A DNA stretch of 64,000 nucleotides from an uncultured Candidatus Saccharibacteria bacterium (GTDB taxonomy: Bacteria > Patescibacteriota > Minisyncoccia > Phycocordibacterales > UBA5272): NCBI GenBank assembly GCA_964544935.1, contig CAZJDZ010000003.1, positions 24,568 through 88,567 on the forward strand, written 5' to 3'. Below are positions 55,493 to 64,000 of the stretch, piece by piece (position 1 is the stretch's first letter; each line of letters begins with the position of its first letter). Under the pieces are notes generated by a model, which was not told the DNA's origin, did no database searches, and was given only the letters and a program-made list of their open reading frames with translations. Made by a program: the position numbers and the translations under genes.

Positions 55493-56275
55493 CTAGTAAA
55501 GAGGTGTACCTTTTGCCTGTAGTTTCTGTTCAACAAGTTGTAGGTTTTTGAGAAAAGAAGACCTCATACCTTCAAGCCCTTGTCCATAAATAGCAGGGTT
55601 ATTCCCCGGATATGCGAGCCCCCAGCCGTCTTCCGTAACAAGAAGAGATGCGTTATACCCTTGTACCAAAATATCATGTGCAGTAAATAAGTCTCCAGTA
55701 TTCATGAGAAGTGTCCCGTAGGTATTAAGCACCCAAGGGTTATCTGGGTTTTTTTCGTATGCGGGTTGTATCACAGCGAGAGCCTCTTTGAACTTTCCTT
55801 GTTTAAAGAGAAGCCAAGCCATGTCATTTCTGCCGGCCCACGAGTTTCCATTTTGTCGTATATATTCTCTAAATGATTCAACTGCCTCAGAGTCTCTCCC
55901 AAGATATCCAAGGGTTAATCCACGTATGTAGAAGACTTTTGAGTGATTTGGGTAGTGGAGTGCTTCTGTATCGAGCTGTTTGAGTGCTGTGTTTAAATTG
56001 CCCTGTATAAAACTAATTCGTGCCAGCTGATAATATGCATATGCGGGAGGTATGTCATTTTTTGAATCAAAGATAATTGCTTGATTAAGAAAAAATTCTG
56101 CTATATGAATGTTGTATATAACATGATATCTATCAAAAAATAAACTAGCGAGTTCTACTTTTGGTACTGTATATACATACAAAGAAAACAAGGTACACAA
56201 TACTACGCACACAATGAGAAACTTTTTTGTATATGCATGGAACATAAGAATAGGCTGTATTTTTTTATTATGCAC
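55493..56275 (-). CDS. membrane-anchored TPR protein
   Basis: TM helix, then TPR-like repeats (AYYQLARI..G, VFYIRGLTLG, NPWVLNTYG). Confidence 0.8.
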   Translation of the reverse strand: MHNKKIQPILMFHAYTKKFLIVCVVLCTLFSLYVYTVPKVELASLFFDRYHVIYNIHIAEFFLNQAIIFDSKNDIPPAYAYYQLARISFIQGNLNTALKQLDTEALHYPNHSKVFYIRGLTLGYLGRDSEAVESFREYIRQNGNSWAGRNDMAWLLFKQGKFKEALAVIQPAYEKNPDNPWVLNTYGTLLMNTGDLFTAHDILVQGYNASLLVTEDGWGLAYPGNNPAIYGQGLEGMRSSFLKNLQLVEQKLQAKGTPLY

Positions 56276-56409
56276 ATTATTGTAGCATTAGTAGCTACCT
56301 AGGTCAGGTTTCTTCTAGTATACTAGTAACTAGGTATAGGTATAGAAATCTGGTTAGACAACTTCGTCAGATTTCGGTTACTGTTTACCCAATAACTTTG
56401 TATATATTT

Positions 56410-56619
56410 ATGATTACACGAATTAAAAAATCAGCAACATTTGGATTCCTTGTTTTGTTTTCAACCATTTCTGGTTTTTTTGCAATAAAAACTGACAAAG
56501 GAGCAGGGGATTCTGGAAACACTTTTGTTGAGAAAGCGTTTGCCGATGTCGCCGGAGAGTATGATCCAGGGTGCTGTGGGTCCAGTGGCTGTTCTGGTTG
56601 TGGGTCTTCTTCAGAGTAG
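56410..56619 (+). CDS. putative RiPP precursor peptide (hydrophobic leader, Gly/Cys/Ser-rich core)
   Basis: 69 aa: MITRIKK-hydrophobic stretch-...EKAFA|DVAGEYDPGCCGSSGCSGCGSSSE; within 3 kb of the YcaO and SagB-like genes. Confidence 0.75.
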   Translation: MITRIKKSATFGFLVLFSTISGFFAIKTDKGAGDSGNTFVEKAFADVAGEYDPGCCGSSGCSGCGSSSE

Positions 56620-56701
56620 CTATTTTATTAAGCAGTTACAGGAGAGATATAACAAAATTCTGTAACATAACACTATCAATAACGTTCTTTATAAACACAG
56701 T

Positions 56702-58045
56702 ATGGAAGAAATCACAAAAACACCTCAAAATTTTTTTACAAGTAAACAAGCCCTCGGCCTTGCTGTTGCTGTGGTTTTTCTTGTCGCTGTGTTTTTTGTA
56801 TATCGAACTAACTCTACGTCTACTACTGAAAGTATCGTTCCTGTAGCGATTGATAAGCAGGCCGTTTTTGACAAGAAACTCATGGAGCATGTGAAAGGGC
56901 TCACTACCGAAAGTACTCCGGATACATCAGAGTTCTATAAAAAAACTTTTTCTTCTCAATATCAAGACGCATATCTCAACTATCGTAAAGGAGGTATTGC
57001 TTTTACCTATGGGAATGAAACTGATGAACAGCAGTCCTACTGGTCACAAGCTCTTACTCAATTAGCTGGTGTCTACAACAATACGAGTCTTCCTAAAGAG
57101 GAAAGAGCTTATGCACTGAACGTCATGAATGCAATCTATATCGGAACCTCATGGGATGATACGTTTATGACAAAGAGTCTCTACACTATTTCTCCATTTA
57201 AAGAAATGTATGAAAAAAATGCACAAGAGCTTAAGACTACATATCCATACTTAGAAAATGCAAAAGATGTCATCAATAGACATACTCAAACAGCTCTTAT
57301 GGGTGCTGCATCACAAATAACAATGTCACAGATCAATAAACTTTCGTATGATTTGTATTCAGTTGGATATCCTTTGATGAGAAGTAGAATGAACAAAATG
57401 ACGTCTGATGGACGTATCTATATGCTCGATCCAAAGAACAAAGATAAGGACATGCTTACTCTTCATAAGGACTATTTGGCAAAAGAATATGGTGAGCAGG
57501 GTATCCTCAGTCTCAAAAAACAGTTAGAAAATCTTGATACAAACAAAATGCTCTTTGAAGGAGTAGGTTCTTTGTCACAAGAAATATACATGATGAGAAC
57601 TGTCGTTGTTTGGGATCCACTTATTTCTTTTGCAGATTCTGAGAGTCAAAAACTTGCATACCATAAGCTTATGATGCAGGATTTTAAGAAAGCAGCATCA
57701 CTTTCTTTTAGTACACAAAGAGGTAGTGTTATTACGATGATCCACTTGTTCTATGTGGCTGCACTTGTTGATTATGGTATTACCAAACAGGATTCTCTTC
57801 TAACACAACAAGAAAAAAATCAGTATAAAGAAGATGCAATACTTATAGTGAATATGCTTATTGATTCCAAATATAAAGCACTTGATAATTATGTTACAGA
57901 AGGAGAAGGGTATAGTCATATTCCAGCAAGTTATCCAGAAGGTAAGCCATACTACGGAGGAAGCCCTTATTATCAGTTACGTGTTCTTGCGCAACATGAT
58001 GAGAAGATTAAGACATATCTTACATCACACGGATGGAAGTTCTAG
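56702..58045 (+). CDS. membrane-anchored helical protein of unknown function
   Basis: 447-aa ORF, one N-terminal TM helix, helical-repeat-like composition. Confidence 0.65.
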   Translation: MEEITKTPQNFFTSKQALGLAVAVVFLVAVFFVYRTNSTSTTESIVPVAIDKQAVFDKKLMEHVKGLTTESTPDTSEFYKKTFSSQYQDAYLNYRKGGIAFTYGNETDEQQSYWSQALTQLAGVYNNTSLPKEERAYALNVMNAIYIGTSWDDTFMTKSLYTISPFKEMYEKNAQELKTTYPYLENAKDVINRHTQTALMGAASQITMSQINKLSYDLYSVGYPLMRSRMNKMTSDGRIYMLDPKNKDKDMLTLHKDYLAKEYGEQGILSLKKQLENLDTNKMLFEGVGSLSQEIYMMRTVVVWDPLISFADSESQKLAYHKLMMQDFKKAASLSFSTQRGSVITMIHLFYVAALVDYGITKQDSLLTQQEKNQYKEDAILIVNMLIDSKYKALDNYVTEGEGYSHIPASYPEGKPYYGGSPYYQLRVLAQHDEKIKTYLTSHGWKF

Positions 58046-58048
58046 TGT

Positions 58049-58789
58049 ATGTTTTCGTCTCTTCATGAGTACAAGAAGTTAGAGCTTATAGAGAAGGTAG
58101 AATCTTCTTCACTTGAAATAATCACAGAAGAAGTTACTCGTGCAGACTCTTTGATGAAAAAAGGACACTTCTATTTTAGAGGGACAGATAACTATGTGTA
58201 TTTACATCTTCGAGCCCCATACTCTTTTCCACAAGAAACAGACTGGAAACATTTTAATGAAGTTGTTTTACCTCATGAGCTGTATACAACTAACACGAGC
58301 TATGCAGAAAAGTTTCCAGAGCTTCTCGCTGTTCTTTCTTCTTTTGCAAAGAAGAATAATGCTTCGCTATCCCGAGTATTTCTTGCAAAAATAAAAGACG
58401 CAGCAGTCCCATACTTACATGTTGATCTAGGGTTCTTTTATATATTTCACAAACGGTATCATTTTGTTATTTCTTCACATGGTTCCGAAATGGAATCAGG
58501 AGGAGTCACAAAAATTTTTACTTCAGGAGATATTTTTTTTATCAATAATAAAATACCTCACACGGGAATGAATCATATAGCGGGGGACGAGAGGATCCAT
58601 GTATTTTTTGATGTGTTGCCTAAGAATTGGTTTACGCTCGGGTACATGTACATACAGTGGCTTTTGGTCTACAGATCCATACAAGGGTTCTATAACTATT
58701 CTCTAGGTAAAGGATTATTTGGTCTGGTGTATCTTTTCCAAGCTTGTATGTTAAGTTTTTTTGCCTATCCCAATGAGAGCAAGACTTAG
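58049..58789 (+). CDS. aspartyl/asparaginyl beta-hydroxylase-like 2OG-Fe(II) oxygenase
   Basis: R-x-x-LA...HVD...RYH...GD-x-F-x-x-NN-x3-H-x3-N...RIH-x-x-FD. Confidence 0.8.
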   Translation: MFSSLHEYKKLELIEKVESSSLEIITEEVTRADSLMKKGHFYFRGTDNYVYLHLRAPYSFPQETDWKHFNEVVLPHELYTTNTSYAEKFPELLAVLSSFAKKNNASLSRVFLAKIKDAAVPYLHVDLGFFYIFHKRYHFVISSHGSEMESGGVTKIFTSGDIFFINNKIPHTGMNHIAGDERIHVFFDVLPKNWFTLGYMYIQWLLVYRSIQGFYNYSLGKGLFGLVYLFQACMLSFFAYPNESKT

Positions 58790-59482
58790 TTCTGAGTAAC
58801 CATCAATCTCAAGAAGTTCATCAATACGTTCCTGATCTCCGTACCCAATCATTCTTGCTCGTACATCACATGCTTCAGCGAGCAGTTGTATGTTTTGGCT
58901 GATTTCTCCACACTCAATAAGTGCTGCGCGCACACCAAACCACCCGTACTTGTGCATATTTTTTTCTGGACAGTACGATAGTATAAAAACACCTGACGTA
59001 GTGTTGACCCACTCCTGACTGCAACCAATTGTCTCCCCAATAGACTCTATATTTATTTTTTTGATATATGAAAATTCTTTTGAAACAGGAGAGTAGTGAT
59101 AGAGGCCGACATGAAAATCGTCACCAGTATAATTGTTGAGGTAATATATCTCTACTGGGTAGAGAGCTCCACCAGAAGCATATGGTCTACTTATATATTC
59201 TTTTTTTTCAGATGTTGCGTGGTGTAGTATTGCAATGATTTCTGCTTGTGTAACACCAGGTTGCATAGAAAGTAAAGATCTTCTTGTGCTCAATAAAGTA
59301 AGAATATCTAGATTTTTAAAAATATTTTCCGGATACGGAAAAGAGTTACTTGCGATTGAAGCAAGAGGTCTTCTGTATTCTTTATGGTTGATAGTTTTCC
59401 AAGATTCTGGCCATGTTGAATCATCACCAACAAAGTTTTTTCCTTTTAGAAAGGTATCAAAAAGTTTTTTATCAATGTTCAT
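58751..59482 (-). CDS. SagB/ThcOx-family FMN-dependent azoline dehydrogenase
   Basis: RRS, RPYASGGALYPVEIY, GLYHY, KYG (Lys-Tyr motif), E-x-G-x-x-x-QN. Confidence 0.88.
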   Translation of the reverse strand: MNIDKKLFDTFLKGKNFVGDDSTWPESWKTINHKEYRRPLASIASNSFPYPENIFKNLDILTLLSTRRSLLSMQPGVTQAEIIAILHHATSEKKEYISRPYASGGALYPVEIYYLNNYTGDDFHVGLYHYSPVSKEFSYIKKINIESIGETIGCSQEWVNTTSGVFILSYCPEKNMHKYGWFGVRAALIECGEISQNIQLLAEACDVRARMIGYGDQERIDELLEIDGYSELSLALIGIGKKT

Positions 59483-59485
59483 AGA

Positions 59486-60895
59486 TTATGGGAATGGATG
59501 AGGGGTTGGATTATAATCACGAATTGTTACATCCTCTATTTTTTTACCAAGCTCTTTTGCAAGACGTTCGGAGCGTAGTGTTGCAGTTGTTTCTAATAAA
59601 TGAAGTTGTAGAAATGTTGGCACAATCACTTTAACAACATGGTACCCAATCTTTTTTAGAATAGGGGATGATACTGTGTATACATAGATATCTGGCGTTT
59701 CTGATTGTACTTTTTTAGTTAGCTCTATCAGAGTATCTTTAGGGTTATTTTTTTGTATTTCCCCACCAATATCTTGTAACGTAACATACTCTTCTGATAT
59801 CAAAAAATCAACATCGGTATTGATTGTTTCATCTGCCCACATGGTTATTCTTTGAAGTCGATTTACAGAAGGGTCTAGAAAAGGTTTGTAGGATGTTTTG
59901 TCCAGTGAAAATCTTTCTTCTGCAAATGTTTCGTTATACGTAAGAGAGCTCACAGCTTCATATAAAGAAGAAAGTACACTTTTTTCATGAGAGGAAATAT
60001 CGTTTCCGGCGGCAAGACTTACAAAGTGAGGGTGTTTTCGCTTGTCTTTAAGTATCGTAGTAAAAACAGGTACGCCATATGTATTTTCCATGACCAAAAC
60101 AATAGGTTCAAGATCTTTTGAGGCAAGTGTTGCAATAATTTTTCTAGATTCTTCATTTGTAATTGAATCAAGACGTACCCGTTTTGCAGATTTTTTTAGA
60201 AGCCAATACATAAGGAATGTATCTCTTTGTATTTCTTCTTGTAGTCCCGCGAGAACTGCCTCATCCCAAGTGAAATGTCCTGCAGCACCATTTGTTGTTT
60301 GGCTGGTCATCTGAACTGTGCCGCTTTGCTTATATCTCCAGAATATATATTGTGCAGGGATATCAATCTTTGTATCTAAAAAAAGTGACAGCACAGGAAC
60401 TGTTTCAACGTCACTAGGTATCTTTTTGTCCCAGAGTAAAGGGGAAACACGTCTCTGTTCGTCTAAGTAGTCAGGGAAATGTGCCAGGTGTGGCATGTCT
60501 TTGGTTGATTTTTTCTTGAGACTATTTTTTGAACATTCTGGTTTAGTTAGGAAGTAACGTTCTAAGCCTTCACCTATTGCTTTTGAGATGACGATGCCAA
60601 AATCTTCCGTACGTATTGTTGCTGAATGACCAGATGCTCCATTCTTAAAAAGTGTAGATAAGGTGCGCATCGGAAGAATGTCATTTGAGGTCGGAGTTAT
60701 GTTGTAGTTTTCTAAGATATTCTCTTTGAGAAGAATTTCAAAAACATCATAGTAAGAAAGTTTTTTCTTCAAGAATAAGTACTGTCTTCTTGTGTATAAA
60801 CTTGTAGAGGTAAGCACATCTCGCACCTCAAAGAAATTTTTTTGTAATTGGGTGAAATTTGCTTTCTTCTGCATGTATGTTGTGTGCCAGCGCAT
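59486..60895 (-). CDS. YcaO-family cyclodehydratase
   Basis: KAIGEGLERY, TTNGAAGH, E-E-I-QRD, VVKVIVP and C-terminal PTPHPFP. Confidence 0.9.
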   Translation of the reverse strand: MRWHTTYMQKKANFTQLQKNFFEVRDVLTSTSLYTRRQYLFLKKKLSYYDVFEILLKENILENYNITPTSNDILPMRTLSTLFKNGASGHSATIRTEDFGIVISKAIGEGLERYFLTKPECSKNSLKKKSTKDMPHLAHFPDYLDEQRRVSPLLWDKKIPSDVETVPVLSLFLDTKIDIPAQYIFWRYKQSGTVQMTSQTTNGAAGHFTWDEAVLAGLQEEIQRDTFLMYWLLKKSAKRVRLDSITNEESRKIIATLASKDLEPIVLVMENTYGVPVFTTILKDKRKHPHFVSLAAGNDISSHEKSVLSSLYEAVSSLTYNETFAEERFSLDKTSYKPFLDPSVNRLQRITMWADETINTDVDFLISEEYVTLQDIGGEIQKNNPKDTLIELTKKVQSETPDIYVYTVSSPILKKIGYHVVKVIVPTFLQLHLLETTATLRSERLAKELGKKIEDVTIRDYNPTPHPFP

Positions 60896-60949
60896 ACAGA
60901 GTATACCCTATAAGATAGTCTTTGTTGACTCTAGTATTATGGTATTATT

Positions 60950-61621
60950 TTGGCTATGAGCCATAAGAAAGCATACCCGTGGGTTCTGTCTTCGAGAGAG
61001 CTAGAAGATATTCAGTTGCTTCTACAGAATAAGAAGCAAGTTTCTTTTTTTGGTAAAGATGAGAATTTTCCACTTCTTACAATTAAGGAGTCGTACATAC
61101 TACGGTTTAGTGAGTCTCTGCAGGTAGAAAGTGACTGTATTATTGCTCCAAATATATTAAATACATTTGATAAGAATATAAGTAAAGCATTTTTTGAAGT
61201 CGCTGCAAAAAATGCTCACCAAGGAACAATACTCTGGATTAAGTGTATTCTCTTGGAAGAAGGCGATTACGATATCGCTTATTTTATTAGTAACCTCTCA
61301 ATGGATTTTTTTGATACACATGTAACAGCTTTACTTGCGTGTGTTGCGCTTGAAAAAAGAAAGCATGCAAAGGGATTTGTTTATGTAAAGCATAATGAGG
61401 TTTCTGAAATGCTTGCTACATATATAGCTACTAATGACAAAGCTCGTCTTTGTGATGCTTTATATTTTAGAAATAGGGGCGAGTATATGTCCTTTCCTTG
61501 TGAGGATGATATTTTTTCATATGCAAAAGAATATCATTTTGAATTAGTGAGTAAGACACGTTCTTTAGAGAAGTTTTTCCCGTTTAGTGTTGCTACATTT
61601 GTATTTCGTTTAACGAAATAA
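60950..61621 (+). CDS. hypothetical protein, possibly a degenerate class I SAM-methyltransferase fold
   Basis: DCIIAPNILNTF...FF-x6-HQGTILWI resembles MTase motifs II/III; no GxGxG motif. Confidence 0.4.
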   Translation: MAMSHKKAYPWVLSSRELEDIQLLLQNKKQVSFFGKDENFPLLTIKESYILRFSESLQVESDCIIAPNILNTFDKNISKAFFEVAAKNAHQGTILWIKCILLEEGDYDIAYFISNLSMDFFDTHVTALLACVALEKRKHAKGFVYVKHNEVSEMLATYIATNDKARLCDALYFRNRGEYMSFPCEDDIFSYAKEYHFELVSKTRSLEKFFPFSVATFVFRLTK

Positions 61622-61704
61622 GAACCACGATAGGTATCTTCCTCAGATAAAAGAGTCTCTTCTTTCATTGTTTGAAATATGGTAGAATCACCCCATTACT
61701 ATAT

Positions 61705-63021
61705 ATGAAGCAGAAAATTAAAGCATTTTGGGTGATTGTGATTATCGCAGTTATTGGTGGGTGGCTATGGAAAGGAGATACTATTTTTAATGGGGAATTT
61801 AAAAAAGACTTTGTGCTTGGACTTGATCTCGCAGGAGGAGCATCACTTACGTATGCAGTTGATACAAAATCACTTCCAGCAGATACAAATGTAGAGGACA
61901 GTGTACGTGCACTTCGTGATGTTATTGAACGTCGAGTGAATCTTTTTGGTGTTCGTGAACCAACAGTTACTACTGCGTACAGTCGTCTTGCAAAAGAATG
62001 GAGACTGGTTGTTGAATTACCTGGTGTTGCAGATATTGATCAAGCTGCAAAGCTTATCGGTGAGACACCAGTGCTTGAATTTCGAACACAGAAAAAAGAT
62101 GCTAAGCCACTTGATGCTTCCTCTACTATAGGAGATTTGTTGGGGGCGTACGAAAGTACAGAGCTTACAGGTACATATCTTAAGAAGGCGTCTCTTATCT
62201 TTGATCAAACAACTAATCGACCAATGGTAGAACTTACTTTTGATGAGACTGGAGCAAAACTTTTTGCAAAAATTACCAAAGAAAATATCGGTAAGCAAGT
62301 TGCTATTTTTCTAGACGGAGCACCTATTTCTTCACCAACAGTTAATGAAGAAATTACTCTTGGAAAGGCCGTTATTACTGGAGCATTTTCAATTGAGGAA
62401 GCTCGTACTATGGTTGGACGCTTAAACTCAGGAGCACTTCCAGTGCCTATTTCTCTTCTTGGAAAGAACTTAGTTGAGCCATCGCTTGGAGAAAAAGCAA
62501 TTGATGCTGGTAAAAAGTCATCTTTCGCAGGCTTCTTCCTTATCGTGCTTTTCATGATTATTTGGTACAGACTTCCTGGAATTATGGCTTCTCTTGCACT
62601 TGTTTCATACAGCGTGATGATGCTTGCACTCTTTAAGCTTATCCCTGTAACACTCACTGCTTCAGGTATTGCTGGGCTTATTATTTCACTTGGTCTTGCG
62701 GTGGATGCAAACGTGCTTACCTTTGAAAGAATGAAAGAAGAGCTTCGTAACGGTAAAGGACTTAGAGATGCAGTAGAGACAGGATTTACTCGTGCGTGGA
62801 CTTCAATTCGTGATTCACATATTGCAGCAATCATTGTTTCAATTATTTTGTTCTGGTTCGGAACATCTATTGTGAAAGGTTTTGCTTTTACATTCTTCTT
62901 AGGGGCGGTCGTGTCACTATTCTCAGCACAAGTAATTACACGAGTGTTTTTGCGTGCAATTATTATGGAAAAAGCAGGGAAGGTTGGTCGCTTCCTGTTT
63001 GGTTCTGGTTTTACTAAATAG
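61705..63021 (+). CDS. secD: protein translocase subunit SecD
   Basis: LGLDLAGG, VELPG, AIFLDG, SGALP, AVDANVL-x-FER. Confidence 0.97.
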   Translation: MKQKIKAFWVIVIIAVIGGWLWKGDTIFNGEFKKDFVLGLDLAGGASLTYAVDTKSLPADTNVEDSVRALRDVIERRVNLFGVREPTVTTAYSRLAKEWRLVVELPGVADIDQAAKLIGETPVLEFRTQKKDAKPLDASSTIGDLLGAYESTELTGTYLKKASLIFDQTTNRPMVELTFDETGAKLFAKITKENIGKQVAIFLDGAPISSPTVNEEITLGKAVITGAFSIEEARTMVGRLNSGALPVPISLLGKNLVEPSLGEKAIDAGKKSSFAGFFLIVLFMIIWYRLPGIMASLALVSYSVMMLALFKLIPVTLTASGIAGLIISLGLAVDANVLTFERMKEELRNGKGLRDAVETGFTRAWTSIRDSHIAAIIVSIILFWFGTSIVKGFAFTFFLGAVVSLFSAQVITRVFLRAIIMEKAGKVGRFLFGSGFTK

Positions 63022-63031
63022 CTTTATATTT

Positions 63032-63904
63032 ATGTTTATTGTTAAATACAAATCATTGTTCATCGGGATAGCGCTTGTTATGGTTGCGTTCAGTATTTTC
63101 TCAGTTGCTCATTTTGGCATTAAGAAAGGAATTGATTTTACAGGAGGAACTGTTGTTGAGATCAACTACCCAGCTAATCCACAAAAGGTTGATCATGCTG
63201 TTTTTGAAAAACAAGGGGTCAAAGCATACAGTACAGGAGAAACATCGTACAAGTTTATTTCTCAGAAGTCATATGAAGAGACGGTGGAAATAATTAGCAC
63301 AACGCTCAATAAGACTGTGCATCCATATGTTGAAACTCAAGTGAATACTGTTGGTCCAAGTATGGGAAGTGAAATGACTAAGAAAGCGATGATTGCTATC
63401 GTGATTGTTGCAATCGCAATCCTATCGTTTATTGCATTTGCATTTCGTGAAGTATCTGTTCCAGTTGAGTCATGGAAGTATGGAGTGGTGGCGATGGTTA
63501 CTATTATTCATGACATTATTATTCCAACAGGAGTATATGCAATCTTGTCATTTAAGTATGGAGCAGAAATAGATACGCTCTTTGTTGTTGCGCTTCTTAC
63601 GGTTATGGCGGTTACAATCTCTGATAAGATTGTAGTATTTGATAGAATTCGAGAAAATCTTAAAGTACATGGGCATAAGCGTCCGTTTGATGATGTTATA
63701 GGGGAAAGTCTTGTACAGACTTTTACTCGATCAATTAATACATCTGTAACTGTGATTCTTTCACTTATTACACTGTACTTCTTTGGTCCTGTATCTACAA
63801 AATTCTTTGCACTAACACTTATGGTTGGAATTATTGTAGGAACATATTCTTCAATTTTCGTAGCAAGTCCACTGCTTACAATTTGGAACGGTAAGAAGAA
63901 ATAG
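63032..63904 (+). CDS. secF: protein translocase subunit SecF
   Basis: GIDFTGGT, VGPS-x-G, HD, D-x-IVVFDRIREN, GTYSSIF. Confidence 0.97.
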   Translation: MFIVKYKSLFIGIALVMVAFSIFSVAHFGIKKGIDFTGGTVVEINYPANPQKVDHAVFEKQGVKAYSTGETSYKFISQKSYEETVEIISTTLNKTVHPYVETQVNTVGPSMGSEMTKKAMIAIVIVAIAILSFIAFAFREVSVPVESWKYGVVAMVTIIHDIIIPTGVYAILSFKYGAEIDTLFVVALLTVMAVTISDKIVVFDRIRENLKVHGHKRPFDDVIGESLVQTFTRSINTSVTVILSLITLYFFGPVSTKFFALTLMVGIIVGTYSSIFVASPLLTIWNGKKK

Positions 63905-63937
63905 TGGTACAAGACTAGAAGACTGATGACATATGCA

Positions 63938-63975
63938 ACGAAAGTAGGGGTAACCAAAGGTTATCCCTACTTTCG
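63938..63975 (+). terminator. hairpin after secF
   Basis: CGAAAGTAGGGGTAACC-aaa-GGTTATCCCTACTTTCG. Confidence 0.65.
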
Positions 63976-64000
63976 CTGTAAAAGTCTTAACTGTGTTGTC

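Noticed and set aside
54286-56545. Similarity of the Hint-protein tail (LFEKAYAA) to the precursor leader end (FVEKAFAD)
   Set aside because: Too short to distinguish from chance without homologue alignments.
62205-62834. Long antisense ORFs (e.g. opposite secD, ftsH, dcd)
   Set aside because: Shadow frames of well-supported genes, with no motifs or initiation signals.
1-64000. CRISPR array or cas genes
   Set aside because: No repeat-spacer array with constant 23-47-nt repeats and no cas motifs; the repeats seen are short-period inverted arms.
1-64000. Alternative genetic code (UGA=Gly, as in Gracilibacteria/Absconditabacteria)
   Set aside because: Conserved genes are full length under code 11, and TGA ends genes at expected positions (thyA, dcd).

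Overview
AT-rich bacterial chromosome segment, read in genetic code 11. Its gene content and style point to Patescibacteria/CPR, probably Parcubacteria; this is an inference from rplK without rplA, tRNA-Ile(UAU), SD-less housekeeping genes, a domain-inserted IleRS and Cys-rich surface proteins. The housekeeping backbone includes secE-nusG-rplK, dcd-dut/thyA-folA, argS, T-box-ileS, recO, metG, tatD, rpsF-ssb-rpsR, ndk, infC-rpmI-rplT, smpB-ssrA, ftsH, recG and secD-secF. Six things stand out. (1) A YcaO + SagB-dehydrogenase RiPP-like cluster (55.5-61.6 kb) with a Gly/Cys/Ser-rich precursor carrying a signal-peptide-like leader, a 2OG-Fe(II) hydroxylase and TPR-like proteins. (2) A GxxExxY nuclease-like domain inserted in frame in RecG between ~42-nt periodic inverted arms, with cargo-less copies elsewhere and an analogous heptamer-arm system around a four-helix-bundle gene. 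(3) Two tandem paralogous structured ncRNA candidates at 34.5-35.0 kb. (4) An actinobacterial-type ultrashort ileS T-box coupled to a transcription terminator. (5) A CDPS-like gene with GNAT and HD genes behind metG. (6) A class of GC-richer, Shine-Dalgarno-led genes, including a Comamonadaceae-like thyA, in an otherwise SD-less genome. All family calls come from motif recognition by eye; no searches were run.
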